Shown: positions 23,869 to 35,832, numbered from the stretch's first letter. The stretch: DNA of 64,000 nucleotides from Saprolegnia diclina VS20 (GCF_000281045.1 NW_008246093.1:638561-702560); one strand, 5' to 3'. Translations and numbers: made by a program. The notes: a model not told the origin generated them from the letters alone.

Positions 23869-25250
23869 TTATAGCTGAAAAAACTTGGACAAGAACCCTG
23901 GCTCCTTTGCGGGAGTACCCGGCTCGGCGTCGCCACGCGACACACGCGGCTGCTGCTTGGGCACCGAGCCCTTGCCCGCGGGTGGCGACCAGTTGTCGGT
24001 CTTGATGCCGCTCACAATGATCGAGACGTGGATCGAGCCTTCGCTCGACGGGTCGTAGCACGTCCCAAAGATGATGTTGGCCGTTTCCGAGACGCAGCCC
24101 CGGATGATGCTCATGATCGCGTCAACCTCGAAGAGCGTCATGTCCTCGCCACCGCGGATCGTCACGAGGAGCCCGGACGCAGAGTCCATCGGGAGCTCGC
24201 CGAGGAGCGGGTTGTTGAGCGCGGCGTGGGCAGCGACCTGCGCTCGGTCGTCGCCCGTCGCTTGGCCTACATATGCATTTGCTCAGCCCAGCGGATCATT
24301 CGAAGACGCGTCATACCTGAGCCCATCATGGCGCGGCCGGCCTTGCTCAAGATCGTGTTGATGTCGGCGAAGTCCAAGTTGATAAGACCCGGCTTGACGA
24401 TGAGGTCCGTCACGCCCTTGACGCCCTCGAGCAGCACTGCGTCCGCGTACCTATGTTGCATGAGCTTGGTGCAAGATGGAAGAAAGTCTACCGGAAGGCG
24501 TCTACGATGGTCGTATCGGGCGTCGAGAGCGCGAGGAGGTTCTGGTTGGGCACGACGATGAGCGTGTCGACGGCGGCGGCGAGCGCTTGCACGCCGGCCA
24601 GCGCCAGCCGCGATCGGTTCGGCCCCTCGGACCGGAACGGTGTGCTCACGACGCCGACCGTCAAGATGCCCATTTCGCGCGCGACGCTTGCGATCACGGG
24701 CGCGGCGCCCGTGCAGGTGCCACCGCCCATCCCGCCCGTGATGAAGATCATGTTGCTGCCGTCCAAGTGCGCCATGATCTCGTCCCGGCTGCTCTCGGCC
24801 GCGCTCTTGCCTGCGATACATGAGTCCTAGTCTCAATGCAGCAAGATATGTACCGAGGTTTGGCTTGGAGCCGGCGCCAAGACCTTTCGTAATGTCCTTG
24901 CCCAAGGTCACCTGGCGGCGGGCGAGCGAGCGCGCGAGCGCCTGGCAGTCCGTGTTGGCAACGACAAACTCGACGCCTTCCAGCTGTGACGAGATCATGT
25001 TGTTGACAGCGTTGCTACCGGCGCCACCGACGCCGACAACCGTGATGACCGGGCGGCCGTCCTTGAGCCGATGCGACTTGGGCAAATGCTCGGTGCGGTG
25101 CTTGGAGTCATTGAGGTCGCGGTGCTGCGCGTAGGCGTAGGCGCGAGGCCGCCGCGTGCCATGCGCATCGATTCCATTGAGCTTGGACATGGACGGGTAC
25201 GCCGTGGACGAGAGCGGCCGCCACCGAAGGGCGCGGGCGCTGCGAAGCAT
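23869..25250 (-). CDS. ftsZ: Mitochondrial FtsZ (4 exons; introns about 24267-24316, 24451-24491, 24811-24853)
   Basis: Motifs VVGVGGAGSNAVNNMI, ANTDCQAL, GLGAG, GMGGGTCTGAAP, PF..EG..R and GLINLDFAD. The N-terminus MLRSARALRWRPLSS is Arg-rich and acid-free, like a mitochondrial presequence. Confidence 0.95.
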
Positions 25251-26284
25251 GCTGCTGAGCCAAAGCCGCTTGGGAAATCCTCCGTCCCTCGCTTCCTCCT
25301 GCGCTAAGTACGAAATTATTTTAATTCAGGTCAATTGGAAACTTGATGTTTGTATTTCAATGCTTGATTTAGATATTAAATTATCGTGAACGTTTTAAAT
25401 ACGCTTCGTAGTGCAAAGACTAATCGAACGCAACTTGTCCATGTTGATTCAACAAGATCGGGTGATGGTCAGGTCAACTGCCCACGAGCTCTGCCCAGAA
25501 CCATGTATGCCAGGTAATGCTCCTACCAACGCAGCTTACGAAGGAAGCTATGCACAACCTGTGTTATGTTGGCGACAAAGAGCTGATTGCATGAGCGCGG
25601 ATTCGGACCAGCGACCGCCCACAGCAAGCGCTCGCTCGCCTTTGGACCGCCACAGTTCGCCGCAGGCTACGCACTCAGACCTACGAAGCGACGCTAGCGC
25701 TTTGCTACTCGGCGGGTAACCTTGGTTTCCATCCACTGCGCTTGATGTAACAACGCTCCGACAATGGCGTCTGAGTCCGTGCCGGTCTGATACTCGTTAC
25801 ACCAGTATGGAATCGGGCATCAGCTCAGCGTTGTATAGTCTGCTCAGGGCGAGGCTCGGGCAGCCGAGATCGGGCGATCGTCGACTAGAGCACTACGAGC
25901 CCGTGGCATACGTGCATGTTGGACGTTGTCGGTGCTGTGGTCGGCTAAAGAGGCGTGGATCTAGCGTCGGTTGGGCCGCGTCGCACCTAAAGCATGTCTC
26001 TGTGTCGTCGGGGTGTGTGGTCACTCGTGTTGCATAGCACAGCCAACGACGTCGGTCATTGTCGTGTACCTACACTACCGTCTATCCACTCTGCCCTGCG
26101 CACGTGGCATACTGGCAGCGGGCTACGCCTTCACGTTGGTCCGCTCAAAGTGGCAGTGCCAGTTGAACCTGGCGCATCACAAGACTAACCGCACGCAACT
26201 TGAATCGTTGCTGGTTGAGCTGGTCGGGTTGGTTCGAATGCGCAACCAAGAGGACGGCGTCGGGAACGTAGATATGGCTCATTC

Positions 26285-27094
26285 TGTAGCGTCTAAGCTA
26301 GCTCGCAGGTATCCCAAGCCACCGATTTCGACCCAGTTACCTACGTTTTTGCATCTTCCAACTCATCAGATGCCATGTTGAGCGCCGATTCTGTCGAGCG
26401 CCATTAGTCTCGTCGGTGGAATTCTGCTTCGCAAGCCAACGGTACGCGCTTCAGTCCCGTAGCTGCGCTCCCGTTTCCGTCGTCCGTGGAAGGTATTCCA
26501 CAGCGTAAAAACCTCTCACGATTCTCCCTTGGTAGCCAGCGCCACAACGGGAAAGGGTCCTTCGACTCTACACAAAAACAGCAGCAGTCGCCAATTCGAG
26601 CCCGCCATCGGCATGACCAGGCACATGCCCTCGTGCGCGTGTGAATCGGGTAGCACTGCTACCTCTTAAAGGGGGAGCCGGTGGCGGTGCTCGGGTTGGC
26701 GCTGCTGCTACTCTTTAGCTATCCATCGTATCTATCTATATATCCTATCCAGCGTATCCCATCACCTTATCTTGAAGTTATCGCAGCTCGTTCGAGCCAC
26801 ACGTCGTCTCACACAGTAGGCACATCCCACAAGAGCGTCCCACAAGTCGGAGGGGTGGTAGCCTTGTCGGCTCCTGTATGACTTGAGTGACCTGTTGCCC
26901 CGTAGTGCACGTGGCACAAGCAGCCGGGCCGTCAGGTCGCCCGGCCTACCTGATACTTCTCTCAGCTGGAATGGCGCTGGTGCAGATTCAAAGTAGCTTT
27001 ACCAGCAGCTCCTCCAACTAATTCTCGCTTCGTCAACCTCCAACAGCTGCCACCGCTAACGTCAACTGCTCTGCGTCAACGACAAGACGCCACA
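26285..27094 (+). mobile_element. Solo-LTR-like element, about 810 bp
   Basis: Starts TGTAGCGTCT and ends AGACGCCACA (9/10 terminal inverted repeat, TG..CA). The internal 26297-26914 segment is repeated at 19939-20548. No clear target-site duplication. Confidence 0.65.
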
Positions 27095-27354
27095 TATCGA
27101 CGCGCGAGACAGGCGGGTGAATGCGCAGCCACGGACGGCCCATCGAGGTATGAAGCTCCTATCACGCTCGCCATCAGTCCTCGTATTGACAGCAAGAGCG
27201 GTTGGTTCGATGTAACAAGTTCTGGTTCGGCCTATCACTGCATCGACAGTCCGTCGCCCGTGCCGTGCAGTACCCACGTTGACTCGGCTGCTCGTGTCTA
27301 ACCCTACCCGCCACCACCCGATCGACTAATCAAACAATGCATTACGACAACGAA

Positions 27355-28479
27355 TTAAGGACTGTTGGGCGGCGACGCGGCCGAGGACGTGACGCGGGCC
27401 CGCCGCAGGCAAATGATACTGGCCGACGTCATGATGATGGCCGTCCCCACGACGCTGAGCGGGCTAATGAACTCGTGGAGGAAGAGAATGTCCCAGATGA
27501 ACACAAAGACGATGTCGAGGTAGCGCATGACCGAGCCAATGCCGACCGACTCGAGCTGGAAGCCTTTCGTCAAGCACACTTGGCCGAGGAAGCCGAGGAC
27601 GCCGCTGCCAATGGCCGAGAGCCAGAGGTCCCACGAGAGGTCGAAGGTCACGGTTTCGGGCCAAAGGACCATCGCGATCGCCGAGCCGGCCATGCACGAG
27701 AGCGAAAAGTAGTGCACGATCGCGAGCAAATGCATGCCGACGAGCTTCCGGACAAAGACGTAGTCGAGGGCCGACATGAGCGCCGAGAGGAGACCGGTCC
27801 AGACAGCAAAGGCCGCATACGGGCCAAGCACCTTCTGGTCGGCGTCCGGGTCTTCGCCAAAGAGAAAGGTCGGGCGGGAGACGACGACGACGCCGCCAAA
27901 GCAGCAGAGCGCGCAAAAGAAATTGACCACGTCGATCTTCTCGTTGAGGAGGAGCGCGCCGAGGAAGAACGTCATGACGGGACTTGTAAAGATGATGACG
28001 CTGGCGTCCGCGAGCACGAGCTGCGACATGGTCCAGAACGAGAGCGCCATCGAGAGGAAGCCGGCGACGTTGCGCACGAGGAGGTTGAACCGGTTCTCGT
28101 ACTCGACCGTGAGGTCGATCTTGTAGTAGAGTACAAAGCACTACCATCACCACTACTATAGGCCACCACGTCCGTGTTGCACATGGAGAGACGTACAAGG
28201 TTGATGAGCCAGGCAAAGCACGAGCGCCAGAACACCGTCTCCATGGCCGAGAAGAAGTAGCTCTCGTACCTACGGGCCGCATAATCATAAGCATTTCGAC
28301 CAAATCGATGGTGCAACGTACTTGATGGCGCTCGACATGAGGCTAAAGGTAAAGGCCGAGAACGAGATCAAGATGAGCCCAAGCAGCGGGAACGGCGGGT
28401 CGGCCTTGGGCGTCGACGGCGGCGTGACCAACGGGAGGAGCTCGCCCTTGGTCATTGGCTTGGCAGTCTGCTGGAGCAT
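27355..28479 (-). CDS. EamA/DMT superfamily transporter (SLC35G-like), multi-exon
   Basis: Motifs SAFTFSLMSSAIKY, ETVFWRS, LADASVIIFTSPV.TF and GFLGQVCLTKGFQLE..G.GSVMRYLDIVF. Confidence 0.9.
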
Positions 28480-29832
28480 CTTGGGACTGTGGGCGACGAG
28501 TGAAATTGCAAACTGAGCGATCGACTCGACTGCGAGACGGCGTCGAGCGCTTGTACGATGTACTTGTTGGATTTCCCATGATCGTCTCTATTATAGTCAA
28601 CATATCACAAGTGGCTCGTCACGTCGGAACGTCAGCCAAGAGCGGAGGCATCCGTGACCCTGCGAGAGCGACACGAGACGGGTACGAGACGTTGGGAGCT
28701 GGCACGGCCACTGAAAAATTGTATCGTCGCGACGAGATCCCAAAAGCTCCGCGAGTCGGAACGTCAGATAATGCAGAGGGACGGCTGGTCGTAATCGGGT
28801 GCGACGAGACGAAGACCGGTGTCCAAACCTCCCTGCGAATATCCTTGGACCGCTGTTCTTATACCAGGGCATCGGACGGCGACGAACCACTCGAGATTCC
28901 AAGGATGATCGCGCCGTGGTTCGAAGAAATAGTGTGAGATTCAGCGCTTTGAAATCTTAGAAATCTTATATATATCGCCAGTGATTATAAGCTGCGAGAG
29001 GAGTATTCATTGCATCATTATCGGCATCCATGTGCAGCCTCGTCAGCAAGGAAGGGGCTCGCAAGCGGTGCGCTGCGGCGCCTGCATCTACTAGTGTAGT
29101 TGCAGACGAAGGCGAGAGGCCACGCGTGCAACCACGCGCCATGTCGGAACGTGGCATGTCGCAGCTGCCTACTTTGCATATTCACCGAGGCGCATCCGAC
29201 GAGATTCTTTCCTGCAAGGACGGGCGTTACGCACGCTCTGCTGGTGTCGACGGCCGCTGCGATTGGTGTGGCCAAAGCCAGTCATTGCCAAGAGATGCAA
29301 CAGCTCGCAGCGAACCAAGCTGCGCAACGAAGATGTAGTAGCTAGAGTCCTGGATGAAAAAATCACTGGTTCCAAAGCTTGGCCGCGTCGAATCAACCTG
29401 GACCTTCCAGCGATTCGATAATTCCTCGCATGGTGTTCGACGCCACTCTTTCGGCTTATGAACCATAAACGTTGCAGCGTAAAAATGTTTGGCACACGGA
29501 CGAAAGGAAGAAAGAAAAAAAAGAGGGAAGGAAGCAGCGAGAACACTGGAAAATCGGTATGCCGGTCTATGGCGTTCACTCTAAGACACCAAAGGTCTGG
29601 GCTCCGGTCTGGGCTGCCAGGAAGTGCTCCTTTGACGAATTAGACTTGATGTTTGTATGCTTGTTTGGATTATTGTGCCAAAATACGATTTATGGCCGAC
29701 ACGATAGGCATTTTGACCAATCAAATACGTTTTTTATGCTTACTGGCCGCGCTAACTAATTGCGTTGATCTGATTGGCCGCGCTAACTAAAATAGAATAT
29801 CACGCACTTTGTATTAGATCCAAAAGTGACCG

Positions 29833-30430
29833 ATGGACGGCCAGGAAGCGCCCGCCGAGTCCGCGCCCGCCGCGCCCGTCGAGTCCGCGCCTACCGAGTC
29901 CGCGCTTGCCGCGGCTACCGTTTCCGCTCCCGCCGCGCCCGTCGAGTCTGCGCCTGCCGCGCCCGTCGAGTCTGCGCCTGCCGCGCCCGTCGAGTCCGCG
30001 CCTGCCGACTCAGCACTCGGCGCCTACGGGGCTTTGTGATGTGGCATCCATCCAGTTGGTGAAGCCCATCGCTGTGAACCGTGCAACAACATGTGAATTT
30101 GCCGCGCCGTCGCCATCGCCTCCAGTACAGCGTGAAAGGCGCCCGCGTGCCAAGTCGACGTGCCTGGGCTGCAACAAACCCAGGAGTGAGCACCCGCGGT
30201 TGCTTGATAAGCTTGCGAAAGCTTGCGAGGTCGCTCTTTACATCAAATACCTTCTCGACCAGCACAAGAAGGTTCCCCGCACAAGCGCAGACTCGTACGT
30301 CCACCACCCTATCTGCAGGAAGGCTGGGCAGTCGGGCATCGCGTTCGGCGAGGACGAGTGGGTCTCACTGGACACCGCGCAGCGGGTGCAAGCGCTCAAG
30401 GATGCTCGAGCCTATTTCAAACTAATGTAA
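29833..30430 (+). CDS. Hypothetical protein: ESAPAAPV repeats plus a C-terminal CxxC..H domain (frameshift or intron near 30013)
   Basis: ATG 29833 opens the Ala/Pro repeat frame. The downstream domain RAKSTCLGCNKPRSEH is in the +1 frame. Removing GT..AG 29965-30013 would join them. Confidence 0.35.
29857..30008 (+). repeat. 24-bp minisatellite (GAGTCYGCGCCYGCCGCGCCCGTC), about 5-6 partly degenerate units
   Basis: Tandem units are directly visible. Confidence 0.9.
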
Positions 30431-30884
30431 ATACATGTACTGCAGTGTGTATTGCAGCTTGCTCCGTTGCGTTGGCATCGCCCAGCATGCTTGCATCCTC
30501 CTCCGGCCTCGAGCTTGGCACCGCTTAGATAGCGCCAGCAAATCTAACACTATTTACGTTTGTCCAATCAACGCTTCCCATTTTTGGAATTGTTTTTTGG
30601 TTTTCAGCCAATGAAACGCAGCGCTATCTAAATAATTGCCACCGAAGCCGAAGGTTCGCCTCTTTCTGCGTACGCTCGCGATAAGATCTGACCGACGCCC
30701 ATGAAATAGTGTGTGTTCCCCCATCCACATACGCGCTCGTTTCCCTACAAACAGCAGAAATAGCGCGACATTTGCTCAATATTCTCGAGTCGTTCTCTGT
30801 GAACGATGGAAAAAAGGGAGAATATAGAGAAGCACGCGTCTGCCATTTCTGAACTTCAACTTGAAGCGATTCAAAGCTACTTGC

Positions 30885-32028
30885 CTACGGGACAACAACC
30901 GGTGGCGGCCGGCGCGCCCGTCGGAGCGCAATCGTGATGGCCGAGGCCATGATGATAGCCGCGCCGAGGATGCTCCATGGGCTAATGACCTCATGGAGGA
31001 AGATCGTGTCCCAGATGAACACAAAGACGATGTCGAGGTAGCGCATGACCGAGCCAGTGCCAACGTCTTCGAGCTGGAAGCCCTTGGTCATGAAGACTTG
31101 CCCGAGGAACCCGAGGACGCCGCTCACCAGCGCCAGAAGCCAGAGGTACCCGAGATCCAGCGTCACATTCTACAAACACGAATAGGACCTTGCACCCAAG
31201 TACTCGTACGATCAGCGCACCGTGGGCCAGATCGCCATCGCAAGCAGTGAACCGAGGCTGCACGTGAGGCTAAAGTAGTGGATCATCGCGAGGAAGTGCA
31301 TGTGCTTGAGCTTGCGCACGAAGACGTAGTCGAGCGCTTGGAGAGCGGCCGAGAGAAGACCCGTGCACACGGCGAGCGTCGACGACGGCGGCGCGTCCGT
31401 CGAGATGCCGACGAGCCACGCCGGTCGCGCGACAAACCCGACGCCGACAAAGCAAACGAGCGCACAGCAAAAGTTGACGCCGTCGATGGCCTCGTGCAGG
31501 AAGAGGGCGCCCTAGCCATAGAGTCCTGCGGATGACCCACTTGCATGCGCAATGACGTACGAGGAAGAAGGACATGACAGGGCTTGTAAAGATGATCACG
31601 CTCGAGTCGGCGAGCACGAGCTGCGACATGGTGTAAAAGCCTGTTGCCATCGAGAGAAAGCCGACGAGGCTGCGCGCTGCAACGTTGCGGCGGTCGGTCG
31701 GCGCGACCGCGAGCGAGATGCCATGGTACCATACAAACACCTAGTGCATGACCATGGAGGCGCGATGGCAGGCCGGCAGAGCGTACGAGGTTGATGAGGC
31801 CGGCGATGCTCGAGCGCCAAAACACCGTCTCCATGGCCGCGATCGTAAAGCTCTCGTACCTACCGACATGGTTGGGGGATGCGACGAGGTCGATCTGTAC
31901 TTGATGGCGCTGGACATGAGGCTAAAGGTCAGTGCCGAGGCCGCAATGTACGTGAGCCCGAGGAGCGAGTGGTGCGGCGGCGACAAGGGCGGCGACTGCA
32001 CGAGCGGGAGGCCTTCGTCCTTCGCCAT
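30885..32028 (-). CDS. EamA/DMT superfamily transporter, paralog of 27355
   Basis: MAKDEGLPLV...FSLMSSAIKY, ETVFWRS, LADSSVIIFTSPV and GFLGQVFMTKGFQLEDVGTGSVMRYLDIVF; several short introns. Confidence 0.88.
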
Positions 32029-32194
32029 GGCAACTTGGGAAATCGAATGGCCGCGCTGCGATAGGAGAGTGGGACGTTGACCTCCGCCGGCTTCCGTTTT
32101 TCGAATTTGGCGCCATCTCGACCAGTCAGTCGCTGCTTGGATTCGAGTCGGCAATATCTGTGCTGCTGCTAGTATACTTGTTGGGAAAGAGATA

Positions 32195-32740
32195 TCACAG
32201 CCAGACCCTCATATTCCCGCCAGATCTGTAGGCCAATACTGTATCATCGGTTTCTTCCACTCGACTAAGCTCGCCTGTTGCCGACTGCTGTTGCAACGCA
32301 CGAAGCTTTGGTACGAGTGGGTCGTCCTGCGTAGTACGCTGAAGTTGTGCATGATCAGTTGGATAAGGACGTCCTTCTGTCCACGCCACACCTAGCTCAC
32401 CCCAGATGCTAGACGTTGGTACACTGTCCGTTGCCCGCGGTATCCTGTGGACACTTGTGGAACCTACGTTGCAGACAATCTCGCAGGCGTAGCTCACATG
32501 CGCGTGGCAGTGAGTGTGGCTGCTTGGTCCTGGCCCCATCAGAGCATCGTCCAGATCCCTCTCACCACATCTGCATGTCGTACACCGCCATTACCACCAC
32601 GCACTATTAATACAGCAAACTCAAGGCTCGCAGCAGCGTTGCGACGTGCAGCCATGCGCGCATTAATGTTAGTCGTCAGGATTGGGCGACTTGCGATTCT
32701 ACCCGCTTCTTGCCTTGTGTACGCTACGCGTGTCACTGCC
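32195..32740 (-). mobile_element. Possible highly degenerate Ty3/gypsy pol relic (RNase H-integrase linker)
   Basis: VSYACEIVCNVGSTSV and QLQRTTQDDPLVPKL...VLAYRSGGNMRVWL loosely resemble L..Y.F.I.Y..G..N and Q..D..L...R..VP. Weak evidence. Confidence 0.25.
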
Positions 32741-33335
32741 TCTGTTACCGATGGCGCTCTTCAACAACCGTGTGCAACAGAGACGCTCGTCGATTCCCCA
32801 AGCTTGTTGCTATCAGATCTGGGTCGGGTTGTTGCATTCGCACAGTCGAGTCTGGCCTGGACTAGATTCGAGCGACTACAAATGTAATATCTGGTGATCT
32901 GGGGTCCTCTTGGCCAAGGAGGGTACCGGCGTCGACTTGGGTGCGACGTCATCGGTGACGCGCGGACGGTCGTGCCATCTCTCCCGGACAGGCCTCGAAA
33001 AGTATCTTGTATTTTGTATACACGCTGGATGGCAACAATCCGTACGCCTGGATTGTATTTTATTCCAGTGCACTTGATTTGTGTATCCAGGGCGATGAAA
33101 GTTTATTTTAATTTGCCGGCCTGGATCAGCGACACGAGGTGAAGAGGCAGTAACAAGACGCTGTTACTTACAGCAGTTGGACACTTGGTTTCAGTATCAC
33201 ATACAAACCCCAAGGTGTACCGGCTTCGAAAACCATAGGGGCAAAGTATAGTATAGTAAATCTGTAATGTTTGTACGATCCGGGCACACAGCAAGCCAGT
33301 GTCACATTCGCCAGCCTCAAGAAGCATCGACGACC

Positions 33336-34412
33336 ATGGGCGCCTGCTCCAGCTCCGAGTCCGCTACGCACCCGCCCCGCCCCATCATCTCCGACGTCAA
33401 CACGGGCACGGGCACTGGTACTGGCCGCTACAACCCGGACCCGTCGGTCCAGCAGCCTCGCCCGGTACGCCCTACTGGCCCCGGCAAGGAGATCCCGGTC
33501 GGCGGTGGCACGCCGCCGTCGGACGTCAACTGGCACAGCTACGACGAGCTCGTGCCCTTGAAGAACACGTACTGGATCAACGCGGACGACGTGACGCGCA
33601 TCCGGTCGGTCAACTCGAACTACATGAAGACCGAGATGGGCAACCTGAACGGCCACCCGGTGCTCATCAAGAGCTTCGACCTGACCAAGTCCCAGGAAGA
33701 GATCAACAAGACGCGCAAGATGCTCATCTCGGAGGTTACGTCCATGACGCGCATTAGCCACCCGAACATTGTCAAGTTCCTCGGTTTCAACATCACGCCC
33801 GACTATGGCCTCTGCTGCATCTCCGAGTACATGGACGGCAAGACGCTGCGCCATCTCCTCGACAACCCGCGCCAGGCCTCGAAGCTCACGTGGGCCAACG
33901 AGAAGATCTCGATCGCGATTGATATTGCGTCGGCCCTCGCCTACATGCACTCGCTCAAGCCCGTGCTCATCCACCGCAACGTCAAGGCGGCCAAGATCCT
34001 CCTCACGTCCAAGAAGACGGCCAAGCTCAGCGGCTTTGGCGCGGCCCGCGACCGCACGTTCGAGTACGAAATGACGACTGGCGTCGGCGACATGCAGTGG
34101 TCGGCGCCCGAGCTCCTCCTCGACGGCGAAGACTACACGGAGCAAGTGGATGTCTACTCGTTCGGCGTCGTGCTCACGGAGCTCGACACGGGCGACGTCC
34201 CGTTCGTCGAGGAAATGGCGACGATGACCAAGGCCGACATCACGATGAAGCTCGTGACTGGCGCGCTTCGGCCCAAGCTCTCGCCCGAGTGCCCGCCGTG
34301 CATTGTGCGCATCGTCAAGCAGTGTCTGCAGCAGGACCCGCTTCTGCGCCCGCGCAGCGACAAGATCCTCGAGCTCCTCAAGCAAGCGCAGCAGACGCTC
34401 CAGCAGCCGTGA
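33336..34412 (+). CDS. TKL-family pseudokinase 1 with N-terminal MGAC acylation motif
   Basis: Kinase fold (HPNIVKFLG, EYMDG, W.APE, DVYSFGVVL.E), but HRNVKAAKILL replaces HRD..N, SGFG replaces DFG, and there is no Gly-rich loop. Confidence 0.9.
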   Translation: MGACSSSESATHPPRPIISDVNTGTGTGTGRYNPDPSVQQPRPVRPTGPGKEIPVGGGTPPSDVNWHSYDELVPLKNTYWINADDVTRIRSVNSNYMKTEMGNLNGHPVLIKSFDLTKSQEEINKTRKMLISEVTSMTRISHPNIVKFLGFNITPDYGLCCISEYMDGKTLRHLLDNPRQASKLTWANEKISIAIDIASALAYMHSLKPVLIHRNVKAAKILLTSKKTAKLSGFGAARDRTFEYEMTTGVGDMQWSAPELLLDGEDYTEQVDVYSFGVVLTELDTGDVPFVEEMATMTKADITMKLVTGALRPKLSPECPPCIVRIVKQCLQQDPLLRPRSDKILELLKQAQQTLQQP

Positions 34413-34809
34413 TCGATACCATGGTAGTGTCGATAACTCTAACGTATATATGATGATTATACCTCCCATCAGCCCAGCCGAGCGACAGGACCTCCAGGAA
34501 GCAGCGAGATGTCGCGGGTGGGGTTGTGATTGCTTGCCGTCGGGTTGGAGCGAAGAGGCTAAAAACACGCAACGGACATGGCCAACGTCGCCGCCGCCTT
34601 GCGCACTGTCTGGGAGATCGCACGCTGTACTTCCGTCGCATCGCCCTCGGTGGACGATGCAGCAACCGCACGTGGTCCCGAGAGGCCAAAGCCTTGCTAC
34701 AGCTCTTGATATAGAGGCGTTGATGCAGCGAGAGTGGGTGTGGTTGCGTGCATTTAGCTGCGCCTGTCGTCTGAGGGAAAAAGATTTGCACTTTTTTTTT
34801 CGCAGCGCG

Positions 34810-35832
34810 ATGGGCAACAGCAACGGCAAGCACGAGGGCGACCTCTCGCAGAGCGGGACGCGCCTCGAGCACAAGCGGCCGGCGACCAACACGCCGGTGC
34901 ACGCGCCGACGACGACGACGAGCGGCGCGCCCAAGGTGCTCGACAGCTGGGACTACTACGTCGAGCTCGAACACCTCAAGCCCGACTTCTGGATTGAGCC
35001 CGAGGATGTCATCCGCGTGCGGTCGATTCCTTGCAACTACATGAAGACGGACCTCGGCAACGTCAACGGCGAGCCCGTCCTCATCAAGTACCTCGACTTG
35101 ACCAAGAACGAAGACGACATCAACAAGAGCCGGAAGATGCTCATGTCTGAGATCACCTCGATGACGCGCCTCAAGCACAGCAACGTGGTGAAGTTCCTCG
35201 GCTTCAACTTCACGCCCGAGAGCGGTCTCTGCTGCATCTCCGAGTACATGGACGGCAAGACGCTGCGCCATCTGCTTGACAACCCGCACGCGGCCGCCAA
35301 GCTCTCGTGGCCCAAGGAGAAGATCGCCATCGCGATTAACATTGCGTCGGCCCTCGCCTACATGCACTCGCTCAAGCCTGTGCTCATCCACCGCAACGTC
35401 AAGGCCTCCAAGATCCTTCTCTCGAGCAAGAAGATCGCCAAGCTCAGCGGCTTTGGCGTCGCGCGCGACCGTACCTTTGAGATGGAGATGACGACCGGCG
35501 TCGGCGACATGCAGTGGTCGGCGCCCGAGCTCCTCCTCGACGGCGAAGACTACACGGAGCAAGTCGACGTCTACTCGTTCGGCGTCGTCCTCACGGAGCT
35601 CGATACGGGCGCGGTGCCGTTCGTCGAGGAGATGGCGACGATGAACAAGGCGGAGCTCACGATGAAGCTCGTGACGGGCTCGCTGCGCCCGCAGCTGTCG
35701 CCCGACTGCCCGTCTTGCATTGTCAAGATCGTCAAGCAGTGCTTGCAGCAGGACCCGCACCTCCGCCCGCGCAGCGACAAGGTCCTCGAGCTCCTCAAGC
35801 AGGCGCAGGCCGAGCTCGAGGCTGGCCCGTAG
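34810..35832 (+). CDS. TKL-family pseudokinase 2 with N-terminal MGNSNGK
   Basis: Same substitutions (HRNVKASKILL, LSGFG); tandem paralog. Confidence 0.9.
   Translation: MGNSNGKHEGDLSQSGTRLEHKRPATNTPVHAPTTTTSGAPKVLDSWDYYVELEHLKPDFWIEPEDVIRVRSIPCNYMKTDLGNVNGEPVLIKYLDLTKNEDDINKSRKMLMSEITSMTRLKHSNVVKFLGFNFTPESGLCCISEYMDGKTLRHLLDNPHAAAKLSWPKEKIAIAINIASALAYMHSLKPVLIHRNVKASKILLSSKKIAKLSGFGVARDRTFEMEMTTGVGDMQWSAPELLLDGEDYTEQVDVYSFGVVLTELDTGAVPFVEEMATMNKAELTMKLVTGSLRPQLSPDCPSCIVKIVKQCLQQDPHLRPRSDKVLELLKQAQAELEAGP

Noticed and set aside
23869..25250. Bacterial contamination suggested by ftsZ
   Set aside because: The gene has spliceosomal introns and a targeting presequence, and lies among eukaryotic genes.
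19939..27094. Composite transposon carrying ftsZ
   Set aside because: No transposase, no target-site duplication and unequal repeat ends. Two LTR-like insertions explain it better.
29342..29420. Helitron 3' end (CTAG plus hairpin 29388-29418)
   Set aside because: The hairpin is ~45 nt from CTAG, farther than typical, and no matching 5' end was identified.
29857..30008. CRISPR-like array
   Set aside because: The units are contiguous without unique spacers, the context is eukaryotic and there are no cas genes.
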